NCBI GenBank assembly: GCA_052390615.1
Contig: JBQTGT010000060.1
Coordinates: forward strand, 16,368 to 80,367
Length of the DNA stretch: 64,000 nt
Direction: 5' to 3'
Origin: Actinomycetota bacterium
GTDB lineage: Bacteria; Actinomycetota; Acidimicrobiia; IMCC26256; PALSA-610
Part shown: one piece after another, positions 1 through 10,286 of the stretch
How the letters are laid out: the number at the start of each line of letters is the position of its first letter
Numbering within the stretch: the stretch's first letter is position 1
The notes under the pieces: generated by a model
The model's database searches: none
What the model was told of the DNA's origin: nothing
Seen by the model: the letters and a program-made list of their open reading frames with translations, nothing else
Program-made: the position numbers and the translations under genes

Positions 1-110
1 AGACCGCGATCCGATCGATACAGAACGCCGGCATCGAAGTCGTCGGTATCAAAGACGTCACGCCGATCCCGCACAACGGTTGCCGCCCGCCCAAGCGGCG
101 GAGGGTGTGA
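1..110 (+). CDS. rpsK: 30S ribosomal protein S11, 3' end (partial)
   Basis: Frame from nt 3 reads [35 protein letters not shown], the S11 C-terminal signature; directly upstream of rpsD. Confidence 0.97.
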   Translation, partial: TAIRSIQNAGIEVVGIKDVTPIPHNGCRPPKRRRV

Positions 111-114
111 GGTC

Positions 115-741
115 ATGGCTCGCGAACTGATCGGTCCGGTCTGCCGACTGTGCCGCCGTGAGCGGATGAAGCTCTTCCTCAAGGGCACGAAGTGCGAATC
201 GGTCCGATGCCCGATCGAGCGCCGTCCCTACCCGCCTGGCATGCACGGCCGCGGTCGGATTCGGGAGAGCGAGTATTTGTTCCAGCTCCGCGAGAAGCAA
301 AAGGCGCGCCGCATCTACGGGCTGCTGGAGAAGCAGTTCCGTTCGGTGTACGCCAAGGCCAACAAGCAGTCGGGGATCACCGGCGAGAACCTCATGCGTC
401 TCCTCGAGCTGCGGCTCGACAACGTGGTGTTTCGCACGGGCTTCGCGTCGAGTCGCAACCAGGCGCGCCAGTTCGTACGCCACGGTCACGTTCAGGTCAA
501 CGGCAAGCGGGCGACGATCCCGTCGTTCACCTTGCGCAAGGGCGACGTCGTCTCCATTGGCGAAAAGGCGCGGCGGATGATCGTGATGCGTCACAACATC
601 GACACGCTCGACCGCATCGCTCCGCCGTGGCTCGACGTGAATGCCGGTGAGTACCAAGGAACGGTCCGCGAGCTGCCGATCCGAGAGCAGATCGACGTTC
701 CGGTGCGCGAACAGCTCATCGTCGAGCTGTACTCCAAGTAG
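115..741 (+). CDS. rpsD: 30S ribosomal protein S4 (Cys-containing, zinc-ribbon type)
   Basis: CRLCRRE..KLFLKG.KC, YPPGMHG, LREKQK, LELRLDNVV, LIVELYSK motifs; alpha operon position. Confidence 0.98.
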   Translation: MARELIGPVCRLCRRERMKLFLKGTKCESVRCPIERRPYPPGMHGRGRIRESEYLFQLREKQKARRIYGLLEKQFRSVYAKANKQSGITGENLMRLLELRLDNVVFRTGFASSRNQARQFVRHGHVQVNGKRATIPSFTLRKGDVVSIGEKARRMIVMRHNIDTLDRIAPPWLDVNAGEYQGTVRELPIREQIDVPVREQLIVELYSK

Positions 742-797
742 CCCGATCGCCCGCACAACACGCACACGACGGTTCAAGTTCGAGAAGAGGGCTTTTC

Positions 798-1733
798 ATG
801 CTCATCATCCAACGCCCCGAGATCGAGGCGAGCGAAGCCGAGGGCAACCTCCAGCGCTTCACTATCTCTCCGCTCGAGCCTGGCTTCGGCCATACGCTCG
901 GCAACAGCCTGCGGCGCACGCTGCTTTCGTCGATTCCCGGCGCGGCGGTCACGCAGGTCCGGTTCGACGACGCGCTGCACGAGTTCGACGTCATCAAGGG
1001 TGTGAAGGAAGACGTCACCGACGTCATCCTCAACTTGAAGGACCTCGTGCTGCGCTGTACGTCTGAAGAGCCGATAACGCTGCGGCTCGACAAGCGCGGC
1101 CCGGGTGAGGTGCGTGCCTCCGACATCCAAACGACGTCCGACATCGAGATCCTCAACGCCGAGCTCTATGTCGCGAACGTGAACGCCACCGGACGCCTCG
1201 CGCTCGACCTCACCGTCGAGCAGGGCCGCGGGTACCTCTCGGCGGAGCGCAACAAGCGCACGACGACAATCGGCGTAATCCCGGTCGACGCGATCTTCTC
1301 ACCGGTGCGGCGGGTGTCGTTCTCCGTGGAGCCGACCCGTGTCGAGCAGGCCACCAACTACGACAAGCTCACCGTCGAGATCGAGACGGACGGGTCCATA
1401 ACGCCGCGCGAGGCGCTCGCATCGGCGGGCGACACGTTGCGCAAGCTCATCGACCTCGTTGCCGAGCTCTCGGATGCGCCCCGTGGCCTGGAGCTGGGCG
1501 AGGTCGCGTCACCGACCTCGACGTCGCCCGACCTCGACCTGCCGATAGAAGAGCTCGACCTCTCGGAGCGGCCGCGCAACTGCCTCAAGCGGGCGCGCGT
1601 CGACACGATCGGTCAGCTCATGCAAAAGACCGAGGACGACCTGCTGGCGATCACGAACTTCGGCGCCAAGTCGCTCGAAGAAGTGATCCAGAAGCTCGAC
1701 GAGCGCGGCTTGTCGTTGCGGGTCAAGGAGTAG
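798..1733 (+). CDS. rpoA: DNA-directed RNA polymerase subunit alpha
   Basis: [35 protein letters not shown]-terminal NCLKR..NFGAKS motifs. Confidence 0.99.
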   Translation: MLIIQRPEIEASEAEGNLQRFTISPLEPGFGHTLGNSLRRTLLSSIPGAAVTQVRFDDALHEFDVIKGVKEDVTDVILNLKDLVLRCTSEEPITLRLDKRGPGEVRASDIQTTSDIEILNAELYVANVNATGRLALDLTVEQGRGYLSAERNKRTTTIGVIPVDAIFSPVRRVSFSVEPTRVEQATNYDKLTVEIETDGSITPREALASAGDTLRKLIDLVAELSDAPRGLELGEVASPTSTSPDLDLPIEELDLSERPRNCLKRARVDTIGQLMQKTEDDLLAITNFGAKSLEEVIQKLDERGLSLRVKE

Positions 1734-1740
1734 TCGACCG

Positions 1741-2091
1741 GTGCCGGCACCGAGGAAGGGCCCGCGCTTGGGGAGCGGCCCCGCGCATCAGCGGCACATG
1801 CTGGCCAACCTGGCCGCGAGCCTGATCGAGGCCGAGGCGATCACGACGACCGAGGCCAAGGCCAAGGCGCTGCGGCCGTACGTCGAGAAGCTTGTCACCA
1901 AGGCCAAGGACGGTGGCGTGCACAAGCATCGCCAGGTCGTATCGACGATCCACGACCGTGACGCTGCGCACAAGCTGTTCGTCGAGATCGGGCCGCGCTA
2001 CACCGACCGCCCCGGCGGCTACACGCGGATCCTGAAACTCGGCCCGCGCCCCGGTGACAACGCCCCGATGGCGCGCATCGAGTTCGTCTAA
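1741..2091 (+). CDS. rplQ: 50S ribosomal protein L17
   Basis: [34 protein letters not shown]; follows rpoA. Confidence 0.98.
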   Translation: MPAPRKGPRLGSGPAHQRHMLANLAASLIEAEAITTTEAKAKALRPYVEKLVTKAKDGGVHKHRQVVSTIHDRDAAHKLFVEIGPRYTDRPGGYTRILKLGPRPGDNAPMARIEFV

Positions 2092-2111
2092 CCGCACCGT
2101 ACGCTGCCGGC

Positions 2112-2897
2112 GTGACGCTGTTCGACACCGCCGACGGCCCGGGCGCGGGTCTGTCCCAGGTGCGGATGGCCGTCGCGTACGACGGCACCGACTTCTCGGG
2201 TTTCGCGGACCAACCGCAGCAGTCGCACGTTCGGACCGTCGGCGGTGTGCTCGGCCAAGCGATCGGAAAGGTGCTGCGTCACGACGTCGACCTGACGTGC
2301 GCCGGGCGCACGGACGCAGGCGTGCACGCCTGGGGACAGGTGGTGTCGTTCGCGACGCAACCAGGCCTCGATCCGTGGAAGCTTCAGTCCGCGGTGAACT
2401 CGATGCTCGGCCCCGAAGTCGTGGTGCGGTCGTGTGAGCTCACCGTTCCCCGCTTCGACGCGCGGCACTCGGCTCGATGGCGGCGCTACCGCTACACGAT
2501 CGTGAACCGACCGGTGCCCGATCCCTTCCGCGACCGGTTCTCGTGGTGGGTGCCCGAACCGCTCGACCTGCGCGCGCTCCGGCTCGCCGCCGACCCGTTC
2601 GTCGGCGAGCACGGCTTTGCGTCGTTCTGCCGCAAGGGTCCCGAGGGATCGACGACGATCCGCACCGTGATGGAGTCGTCGTGGACCGACGAGGGCGACG
2701 GTGTGTTGCGTTATGAGATCACCGCGGCTGCGTTCTGTTGGCAGATGGTGCGCTCGATCGTCGGCACGCTCGTCGACGTCGGTATCGGCAAGAAGCGACC
2801 CGGCGACATGCTCGCGATCATGCGGGCGGGCGACCGCGCGCTCGCATCCCAGCCGGCGCCGCCGCGCGGCCTGTGCCTGTGGGAAGTCGGCTACTGA
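2112..2897 (+). CDS. truA: tRNA pseudouridine(38-40) synthase
   Basis: AYDGTDFSG, AGRTDAGVHA, FDARHSA, F.WQMVR motifs. Confidence 0.97.
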   Translation: MTLFDTADGPGAGLSQVRMAVAYDGTDFSGFADQPQQSHVRTVGGVLGQAIGKVLRHDVDLTCAGRTDAGVHAWGQVVSFATQPGLDPWKLQSAVNSMLGPEVVVRSCELTVPRFDARHSARWRRYRYTIVNRPVPDPFRDRFSWWVPEPLDLRALRLAADPFVGEHGFASFCRKGPEGSTTIRTVMESSWTDEGDGVLRYEITAAAFCWQMVRSIVGTLVDVGIGKKRPGDMLAIMRAGDRALASQPAPPRGLCLWEVGY

Positions 2898-3021
2898 GGC
2901 GCATCGTCCTCTCGGCTTCGCCGGTCCGGCGAGCGCGTACCTCTGCACCCGGTTTCGCGATGCGTGCAAATGCAACGATCGCGGATTCGCGAATTGGCGA
3001 TGGGCGCGTGTGTCCTGGCCG

Positions 3022-4524
3022 CTACGCGGGGTCGATACCGAAGTAGAGGAAGCCGTAGCCCTCGTCGCGGAATCGCAGCCCGGCGTCGCGCAGGGCGATG
3101 TCCCAGTCGCCGGTGCAGCCGGGGTCGGTCTCCTCCATGCCGTGGTCGGCGACGAGCAAGAAGGCGCAATCATCGATCGCCCCGGCCGCTTCGAGCGCGC
3201 CCAGCACCGCGCCGACACGCGCGTCGCTATCGCGGATCGCGGCGGCGGCGATCTCGGAGTGCGGCCCGCCCTCGTGCATCGCCGAGTCGGTGAGCGTGAA
3301 ATTGCACCACATGAAGCGTGGGATCGGATAGGAAACGTCTCGGTAGTGTCCGGAGAGGATCCCCACGGCTTGCTCGACGCCCATGTGGTCGACGATCGTC
3401 GACCACGAGTAGTCCTTCGACGGCCGCACGAACCGTTCGGTCGAGTGCGGCAACCCCTCGGCGTGGCGCGGAATAGGCGGGATCTCTCCCCGGCGGAAGA
3501 AGTCGAATGTCGAGTAGTTCGCGCCGACGTCGCAGGGCTCGTTGACCGACGCGGTGAACGCGTCGGGGTACGTCCGGTGCACGACGTCGTGGATCGACTC
3601 GATGCCGCGCGTCAGGTGCCCCATGGCAGTGGGCCAGGTCGCAGACGAGTTCGTGATGACCTGCTCGCCGCGCGCGCGGTCGAACCACGCGTTGTGGAGG
3701 ATTCCGTGGTGCCCGGGGTGGGCGCCCGTGAGGATCGTCGTGTGGTTGGCGAGCGTCACGGTCGGCAGCGACGCCATCGCGCCGTGACCGAAGCCGACAC
3801 CATCCGCGAGAAGGCGGCCGACGTTGGGGACCTCGCCGAGCGCGGCCATGTCGTACAACACATTCGCGTTGGTGCCGTCGAACAAGAAGCCGACGACGCA
3901 CAGGGGACGCTCGCTGGGATCGAGAACCTCCTCGAGCACCCGTCCGTCCTGCGATGCAAAGAGCGTGCCGTCGGCTCGGGGCGCGCAGTCGAGCAGGTCG
4001 GCGATGGTGGGCGCGACGTCGACGAGACGAGCCGCGCGCGGCACGAGCCCGTCCTTGCGCACGCCCTTTCCGGCGAACACCAGTGGGGCGCGGGCTTGTA
4101 CGACATCGAGCGAGCCGTGCTCGCCGCGGTGGCCGCCCTGGTCCTCCCAGTTGTGCGCGGCCGAGTGGATCACACAGAGGTCGGGCGCGGCGGGCGAGTC
4201 GAAGAGTTGCGCGATGTGCTCGTAGGCGAAGGGGTACGCGTTTTCGGCGCGGTGTGGGTGCTTGTGCGCGAGCTCGGCGACGAGCGGCGCGAACTTGGCG
4301 GTGGACCGATCGGCGAGCGGCTCGGCGCCGCTCGATTCGATCACCTCCCAGTCGTCGCCCTTGCGGCGGAACCGCACCCGGCCATCATGGGCCAGCGCCT
4401 CGTACGCGCCGTCACGGCGCGTGCACACCATGTCGACGATGGGATCGAGCTGCGCATCGAGCAGGATTTCGAGGGCCGCGTCCACGTCTGGACGGTCGGC
4501 ATCGGCGACATCGTGACCAGCCAT
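3022..4524 (-). CDS. Alkaline phosphatase-superfamily nucleotide pyrophosphatase/phosphodiesterase (apparently circularly permuted)
   Basis: FLFDG, LPTVTLANHTTILTG, TDSAMHEGGP, VADHGM and GEHG...DVAPTI motifs. Confidence 0.85.
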   Translation of the reverse strand: MAGHDVADADRPDVDAALEILLDAQLDPIVDMVCTRRDGAYEALAHDGRVRFRRKGDDWEVIESSGAEPLADRSTAKFAPLVAELAHKHPHRAENAYPFAYEHIAQLFDSPAAPDLCVIHSAAHNWEDQGGHRGEHGSLDVVQARAPLVFAGKGVRKDGLVPRAARLVDVAPTIADLLDCAPRADGTLFASQDGRVLEEVLDPSERPLCVVGFLFDGTNANVLYDMAALGEVPNVGRLLADGVGFGHGAMASLPTVTLANHTTILTGAHPGHHGILHNAWFDRARGEQVITNSSATWPTAMGHLTRGIESIHDVVHRTYPDAFTASVNEPCDVGANYSTFDFFRRGEIPPIPRHAEGLPHSTERFVRPSKDYSWSTIVDHMGVEQAVGILSGHYRDVSYPIPRFMWCNFTLTDSAMHEGGPHSEIAAAAIRDSDARVGAVLGALEAAGAIDDCAFLLVADHGMEETDPGCTGDWDIALRDAGLRFRDEGYGFLYFGIDPA

Positions 4525-4622
4525 GATGGGACGAGGGTAGTGCTCACCGGCGAATTGGTCGCCTTCCTGCTAGCCTGACTCGGCCGCCGAGCCTGTCGGC
4601 GCGCCCCTCGAAGGACATTTGC

Positions 4623-5078
4623 TTGCGCACGTTCACGCCTCGCCCCGCCGACATCACTCGCCAGTGGCACTTGATCGACGCCGAAGGCGCGATCCTCGGC
4701 CGCCTCGCGACCGAAGTCGCCACGCTGCTGCGCGGCAAGCACAAGCCGATCTGGGCGCCGCACGTCGATACCGGCGACCACGTGATCGTCGTGAACGCGT
4801 CCAAGCTCGCGATCTCGCCCCGCAAGGGTCGCGAAAAGCTCTACCACCGTCACACGGGATACCCGGGCGGGGTGCGCACCATCTCGCTCGAACAGCTGAT
4901 CGCTCGCGACCCCGAGAAAGTCGTGCGGCTCGCGGTGCGGCGCATGTTGCCGAAGGGTCCGCTCGGCCGCCGTCTGATCAAGAAGCTGAAGGTGCACGCC
5001 GGACCCACCCATCCGCACCACGCGCAGAAGCCGGTCGTGCGCCCGCTGCCCGAACGTTCGTACGCGCGCACCGTCTGA
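4623..5078 (+). CDS. rplM: 50S ribosomal protein L13
   Basis: [32 protein letters not shown] motifs; TTG start. Confidence 0.97.
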   Translation: MRTFTPRPADITRQWHLIDAEGAILGRLATEVATLLRGKHKPIWAPHVDTGDHVIVVNASKLAISPRKGREKLYHRHTGYPGGVRTISLEQLIARDPEKVVRLAVRRMLPKGPLGRRLIKKLKVHAGPTHPHHAQKPVVRPLPERSYARTV

Positions 5079-5095
5079 CGCAAAGGAATCGCGAC

Positions 5096-5488
5096 GTGTC
5101 CAAGCCTCTCATCCAGACCACTGGTCGCCGCAAGGAATCGGTGGCCCGCGTGCGACTTCGCCCCGGCACCGGTCAGATCGTCGTCAACGGCCGCCCGTTC
5201 GCGGCGTACTTTCCGATTCTCACGCACCAGGTCATCGCGAAGGAGCCGCTGCGGCTGACGCAGACCGAAGAGGTGTACGACGTCGACGCCACGCTCGACG
5301 GCGGCGGCGTGAGCGGACAAGCCGGCGCGATTCGCCTCGGCATTGCGCGCGCGCTCGTCGCGCTCGACCCCGAACAGCGCCCCGTGTTGAAGAAGGCCGG
5401 ACTCCTCTCGCGCGACGCACGCGAGAAGGAGCGTCGCAAGTACGGGCTCAAGAAGGCGCGCAAGGCGCCGCAGTACTCGAAGCGTTAG
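5096..5488 (+). CDS. rpsI: 30S ribosomal protein S9
   Basis: [40 protein letters not shown]; GTG start at 5096 after AAGGA. Confidence 0.97.
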   Translation: MSKPLIQTTGRRKESVARVRLRPGTGQIVVNGRPFAAYFPILTHQVIAKEPLRLTQTEEVYDVDATLDGGGVSGQAGAIRLGIARALVALDPEQRPVLKKAGLLSRDAREKERRKYGLKKARKAPQYSKR

Positions 5489-5503
5489 CGGGAACGGAGC
5501 CAC

Positions 5504-6823
5504 TTGCTCCGCTTCGGGACCGACGGTGTACGCGGCGACGCGGACGCCGACCTCACGGACGATCTCGTCGTGGCGTTCGGTCGCGCCGTTGTACCCGTGC
5601 TCGGCTCCGGTCGCTTCCTCGTCGGTCGGGATACGCGCGAATCCGGCGCGCGGATCGAAGCCGCGCTGTGCACAGGGCTCGCACTCGCCGGCGCTGACGT
5701 GGTCGCGCTCGGCGTGCTGCCGACGCCCGCGATCGCGTACGAAGCCCAGATCGGGGACGCGCCCGCGGCGGTGATCTCGGCCAGCCACAACAAATGGACC
5801 GACAACGGGATCAAGCTGCTCGCCGCGGGCGGGCGCAAGCTTGCCGACGATGTCGAACAGCAGATCGAGCGGGCGCTGGACGCGACGCTGACCGAGGCGC
5901 GGCCGGACGCGACGCCGACGTGGTCGCACGAGGACGCGGGTGACGAGTACATCGGCCACGTCGTGGCGTCGATCGAAGGACGGATGCTCGACGACATGCG
6001 CGTTGTCGTCGACTGCGCGAACGGCGCCGCCTTCGAGGTCGCGCCGGAGGCGCTCCGCCGGCTCGGCGCCGAGGTCGTCACGATCAACGCCGCGCCCAAC
6101 GGTCGCAATATCAACGACGGATGTGGCTCGACCCACCCGGACGGGCTGCGCGCGGCGGTACGCGAGCATCGCGCGATTGTCGGGCTCGCGCTCGACGGCG
6201 ATGCCGATCGTGTCATCGCCGTCGACGAATGGGGTGAACTCGTCGACGGCGACCAGCTCATGACCGCCTTCGCGATCGATCTGCGCGAGCGCGGACTGCT
6301 TCGTAACAACGCGATCGTGATCACGGTCATGTCCAACCTCGGACTGCGTGAGGCGCTCGCGAGCGCCGGCATCGGGCTCGTCGAAACGCCGGTCGGTGAC
6401 CGCAGCGTGCTCGCCGCACTCGCCGAGCATGACTTGATGTTGGGAGGCGAGCAGTCGGGGCACATCATCCGCACCGACCTCGCGACCACGGGCGACGGGC
6501 TGCTGACCGGCGTGCTCGCGTGCGATCTGGTGCGCCGGTCCGCACAACCGCTGTCCGCGCTGGCCGCGCAGATGGAACGGTTCCCGCAGGTCCTCGTGGG
6601 TGTGCGCGTCGCCGGGCGACCCGACCTCGCGCGGGCCGACGCACTGTGGGACGCGGTGCGCGCGGCCGAGCGTGCACTCGGCCACGCGGGACGCGTGCTC
6701 GTGCGCGCTTCCGGTACCGAACCGCTCGTGCGGGTCATGGTCGAGGCTCGGTCCGCAACCGAGGCCGCCGCCGTCGCGGAGCGGCTGCGCCAGGCGATCC
6801 AGCAGGCATTTCCGGCCTCGTAG
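5504..6823 (+). CDS. glmM: Phosphoglucosamine mutase
   Basis: FGTDGVRG, ISASHN, DGDADR, GGEQSGH, RASGTEP; follows rpsI. Confidence 0.96.
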   Translation: MLRFGTDGVRGDADADLTDDLVVAFGRAVVPVLGSGRFLVGRDTRESGARIEAALCTGLALAGADVVALGVLPTPAIAYEAQIGDAPAAVISASHNKWTDNGIKLLAAGGRKLADDVEQQIERALDATLTEARPDATPTWSHEDAGDEYIGHVVASIEGRMLDDMRVVVDCANGAAFEVAPEALRRLGAEVVTINAAPNGRNINDGCGSTHPDGLRAAVREHRAIVGLALDGDADRVIAVDEWGELVDGDQLMTAFAIDLRERGLLRNNAIVITVMSNLGLREALASAGIGLVETPVGDRSVLAALAEHDLMLGGEQSGHIIRTDLATTGDGLLTGVLACDLVRRSAQPLSALAAQMERFPQVLVGVRVAGRPDLARADALWDAVRAAERALGHAGRVLVRASGTEPLVRVMVEARSATEAAAVAERLRQAIQQAFPAS

Positions 6824-6835
6824 ACTGAGTGGCCC

Positions 6836-9800
6836 ATGTGCGGAATCGTGGCCGTCTTGCGCCGGCCCGGCGACTGGTCCACCCCCGACCTCGTCGACGC
6901 GGCGCGCGTGCTCGAGACGGCCGCGCACGGACTGCGCTCCCCCTCCCTCGACATCGCGTCGCGACTGCGCGACGCCATCGAGCCGATCGCGCGCGCCAAT
7001 ACGATGCTGCGCGGCGCCGCGGGCGTCGCCGCATTGCTTGCTGATCCTGTGCGCCGGGCCGACATCGACCATCGCGCGGCGGCTCTCACGGACGCGCTCG
7101 CCGCGCTCGAAGCCGCGCTCGACACGACGAGCGTCGCCGAGACCGACATCGAGGCGCTGAACGCGCTCCTGATCGAAGCCAAGGATGTCGTGTGGGCAGT
7201 CAGTCACGATCGATTGCGAGCCGCGCGGGGTGTCGAGGAACTCGCCGGGCCGAGGCGGAATCAGTCGACGATCGAGACGTACCACGCGATCCACCTCACG
7301 CTCGCCGCGCTCGACCGGCTCGAGGTGCGAGGCCGGGATTCGGCCGGGCTCCACGTGCTCGTGACCGCGCACGGGCTCGATCTCGACGATCCGACGATCC
7401 GGCGTCTGTTCGAGACGCGCAGCGCCGACCGGTTGTTCACGGCGAATGCGGTGCGCGTCGCCGACGGTCACCTGTCCTTCGTGTACAAGACGGCGGCCGA
7501 GATCGGCGAGTTGGGTGACAACACCGCGCAACTGCGGGCGCAGATACGAGCCGACGAGTTGCTCCGGCTTGCCGTCGACGCGAAGGATGCGAGCGCAGTC
7601 GTGTTCGCGCACACTCGGTGGGCGAGCGTAGGCATCATCTCCGAAGCCAATGCCCACCCGCTCAACTCCGAAGAGACCGCGCGGCCCGCGGGAGACTACG
7701 TCGTCGCCGCGCTCAACGGCGACGTCGACAACTACGCCGACCTCAAAGCCCTCGACGGGCTCCAGTTCCCAAGCGAGATCACCACAGATGCCAAGGTCAT
7801 CCCCACGCTGGTCGCGCGGCGCCTCGCAACCGTGCGCGACCCGATCGAGGCGTTCCGATCGACGGTCGCGTCGTTCGAGGGTTCCGTCGCGATCGCGGCG
7901 CAGATCGCGGCTGACCCGACGCGCTTGCTGTTGGCGCAACGCGGTTCTGGCCAGGCGCTGTATGTCGGTGTCGCCGACGATCTGTATGTCGTCGCCAGCG
8001 AGCCGTACGGGCTGGTCGAGGAGTGTGACCGCTACTTGCGCCTCGACGGCGAGCACATGCGCGAGCCCAACAACCCCGCGACCCAGGGACAAGTCGTCGC
8101 GCTCAGCGCCGCCGCCGGTATCGATCGACGGTCGTACGACGGCACGGCGTTGCCGGTCGATCCGTCCGAGCTGGCGCGACCCGAGATCACAACGCGCGAC
8201 GTCGACCGGGGCACGGCGCCGCACTATCTGTTGAAGGAGATTTCCGAAGCGCCGGCGTCGTTCCGTAAGACGCTGCGCGGCAAGGTGATCGAGCGCGACG
8301 GCCGCCTCGACGTGCGCCTCCCGCCGGAGGCGCTCCCCGCGCCCGTTGTCGGACGGCTGCGGTCGGGTTCGGTGCAGCGAGTGCTCGTCATCGGGCAAGG
8401 CACGGCCGCAATCGCCGGCCGCAGCCTGGCGCACACGCTGCGGACTGTGCTCCGGGGACGTCCGATCACTGTTGACGCGCTTCCGGCGACCGAACTCTCG
8501 GGCTTCGGCCTCGCGAACGACATGGCCGATGCGCTCGTGATTGCAATCTCCCAGTCGGGGACGACCGCTGACACCAACCGCACCGTCGATGTGGTCCGCG
8601 CGCGCGGAGCGCACGTCATCGCGATCGTCAATCGCCGCCAGAGTGACCTCGTCGACAAGAGCGATGGCGTGCTGTACACGTCGGACGGCCGCGACATCGA
8701 GATGAGCGTGGCGTCGACCAAGGCGTTTTACATGCAGGTCGCCGCGGGGTTCCTGCTCGCGTTCGCCGTCGGTATCGAACTGGGTGCAGACGACGAATCT
8801 GATCGTGCGTACCGGCACGAGCTCTTGACGGCCCTGCGTACCCTTCCCGATGCCATGCAGGCAGTGCTCGATCGCAGCGGCGCGATCGCACTGGCGGCCC
8901 AGCGGCATCCGCTCACGCGCCGATCGTGGGCCGTCGTCGGCAACGGTGTCAACCGAGTCGCGGCCGAGGAAATCAGGATCAAGCTGTCCGAGCTCTGCTA
9001 CAAGTCGATTTCCTGCGACGTCACCGAGGACAAGAAGCACATCGACCTGTCGGCCGAACCACTCGTGCTCGTGTGCGCGGCCGGCCTCGTCGGTTCGAAC
9101 GCCGACGACGTCGCCAAGGAAGTGGCGATTTACCGTGCACACAAGGCTGCGCCCATCGTCATCGCACCCGACGGCGACACCCGCTACGGCGCCGCCCTCG
9201 AGACGATCTCGGTTCCGGCAGTGCATCCCGACGTCGCGTTCGTGCTGTGCACCGTGGCGGGGCACCTGTTCGGGTACTTGGCGGCCCTGACGATCGACGG
9301 CACCGCCGCACCCCTGCGCGAGGCACGCGGCTGCATCGAGGCGATCGTCTCGTCGCCTCCGGTCGACGGTGACCTCATGCGCGTGCTTGCACAGGAGCTC
9401 GAACCGTGCGCGACCCGTTTCTTCGACGAGCTGCGCACCGGTGCGTACGACGGCGCACTGGAAGCAGGCACCGCGGTTCGACTCGCCTCGCTGTTGCGCT
9501 ACGCGTCCGGGATCGTGCCGCTCGACGTGTACGCAGTCGAGTTCGGCAAGGTCGGGACGCCGAGCACGTTGATCGAGGATCTCACGGCCGCGCTCACGAG
9601 GGCGATCGAGGAGCTCACCCGCCCGATTGACGCAATCAAGCACCAGGCCAAGACGGTCACAGTCGGGATCTCGCGTTCCGACGAGACGCTGCTCCAAGTG
9701 CCGCTCGTGCAAGAGTTGCTCGCGACCGGCGTCGCGCGCGACAGCCTGACGTACCGAGCGCTGCGCACGCTCGTCGCACTGGATACGGCCGTAGACGCAA

Positions 9801-10249
9801 CGGTGGGATGGACGCGGTACCGCATCGAAGGCGACCCGAAGGCGCGGGGCGCGACCATCCACGTCGTCGACACCGGCGGCATCGCGCGCGATATCCCGTC
9901 GCGTACCGCGACGAATCCGTCGCTGCGGGGCAGCAAGCACCGCGCCGCCAGCGAGCGGGAGGTGACCGTGGTGCGCGGGCGGTCCGACGGCCGCACGCTC
10001 GTGTTCGTGCCCGAGGTGAAGGGCAATCAGACGACCGGTCTCACCTTGTTACACGTGCGCTTCCGTGACCGGCTTGACTCGGCGGTCGCCCGCCGCGTAC
10101 TCGAGGGATACCGCGACCGCTACAGCGCGATCGCCGACCAAGTCACCGAGGTCGAGCCGGTCATGCGCGATGACGTTCTCGGCACGATCGACGTCATCGA
10201 GTTGCTCACCGAGCCCGTTGTTCGCCTCGCCGACCGCTGGCGCGCATGA
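6836..10249 (+). CDS. glmS: Greatly expanded glutamine-fructose-6-phosphate aminotransferase (GlmS-like)
   Basis: MCGI N-terminus, RGRDSAG, HTRWA, NAHP, ISQSGTTADT, VASTKAF, KLSELCY, AKTVTV; downstream of glmM; 1137 aa versus about 610 typical. Confidence 0.85.
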   Translation: MCGIVAVLRRPGDWSTPDLVDAARVLETAAHGLRSPSLDIASRLRDAIEPIARANTMLRGAAGVAALLADPVRRADIDHRAAALTDALAALEAALDTTSVAETDIEALNALLIEAKDVVWAVSHDRLRAARGVEELAGPRRNQSTIETYHAIHLTLAALDRLEVRGRDSAGLHVLVTAHGLDLDDPTIRRLFETRSADRLFTANAVRVADGHLSFVYKTAAEIGELGDNTAQLRAQIRADELLRLAVDAKDASAVVFAHTRWASVGIISEANAHPLNSEETARPAGDYVVAALNGDVDNYADLKALDGLQFPSEITTDAKVIPTLVARRLATVRDPIEAFRSTVASFEGSVAIAAQIAADPTRLLLAQRGSGQALYVGVADDLYVVASEPYGLVEECDRYLRLDGEHMREPNNPATQGQVVALSAAAGIDRRSYDGTALPVDPSELARPEITTRDVDRGTAPHYLLKEISEAPASFRKTLRGKVIERDGRLDVRLPPEALPAPVVGRLRSGSVQRVLVIGQGTAAIAGRSLAHTLRTVLRGRPITVDALPATELSGFGLANDMADALVIAISQSGTTADTNRTVDVVRARGAHVIAIVNRRQSDLVDKSDGVLYTSDGRDIEMSVASTKAFYMQVAAGFLLAFAVGIELGADDESDRAYRHELLTALRTLPDAMQAVLDRSGAIALAAQRHPLTRRSWAVVGNGVNRVAAEEIRIKLSELCYKSISCDVTEDKKHIDLSAEPLVLVCAAGLVGSNADDVAKEVAIYRAHKAAPIVIAPDGDTRYGAALETISVPAVHPDVAFVLCTVAGHLFGYLAALTIDGTAAPLREARGCIEAIVSSPPVDGDLMRVLAQELEPCATRFFDELRTGAYDGALEAGTAVRLASLLRYASGIVPLDVYAVEFGKVGTPSTLIEDLTAALTRAIEELTRPIDAIKHQAKTVTVGISRSDETLLQVPLVQELLATGVARDSLTYRALRTLVALDTAVDATVGWTRYRIEGDPKARGATIHVVDTGGIARDIPSRTATNPSLRGSKHRAASEREVTVVRGRSDGRTLVFVPEVKGNQTTGLTLLHVRFRDRLDSAVARRVLEGYRDRYSAIADQVTEVEPVMRDDVLGTIDVIELLTEPVVRLADRWRA

Positions 10250-10286
10250 CGTGTAACCCCACGCGCAGCACGGGCGACCAATAGCC

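Noticed and set aside
115-741. Zinc-ribbon form of S4, and short RpoA/L17 C-termini
   Set aside because: Within normal variation for these families
6824-6835. glmS ribozyme
   Set aside because: Only 12 nt between glmM and glmS, too little room
4850-9940. 1696-aa minus-strand ORF, and similar long ORFs at 23532-26603, 26965-29013, 30420-32741, 51685-53427 and 2701-4578
   Set aside because: Antisense shadows of well-supported genes. High GC and codon bias suppress stops, and the translations carry no motifs of their own.
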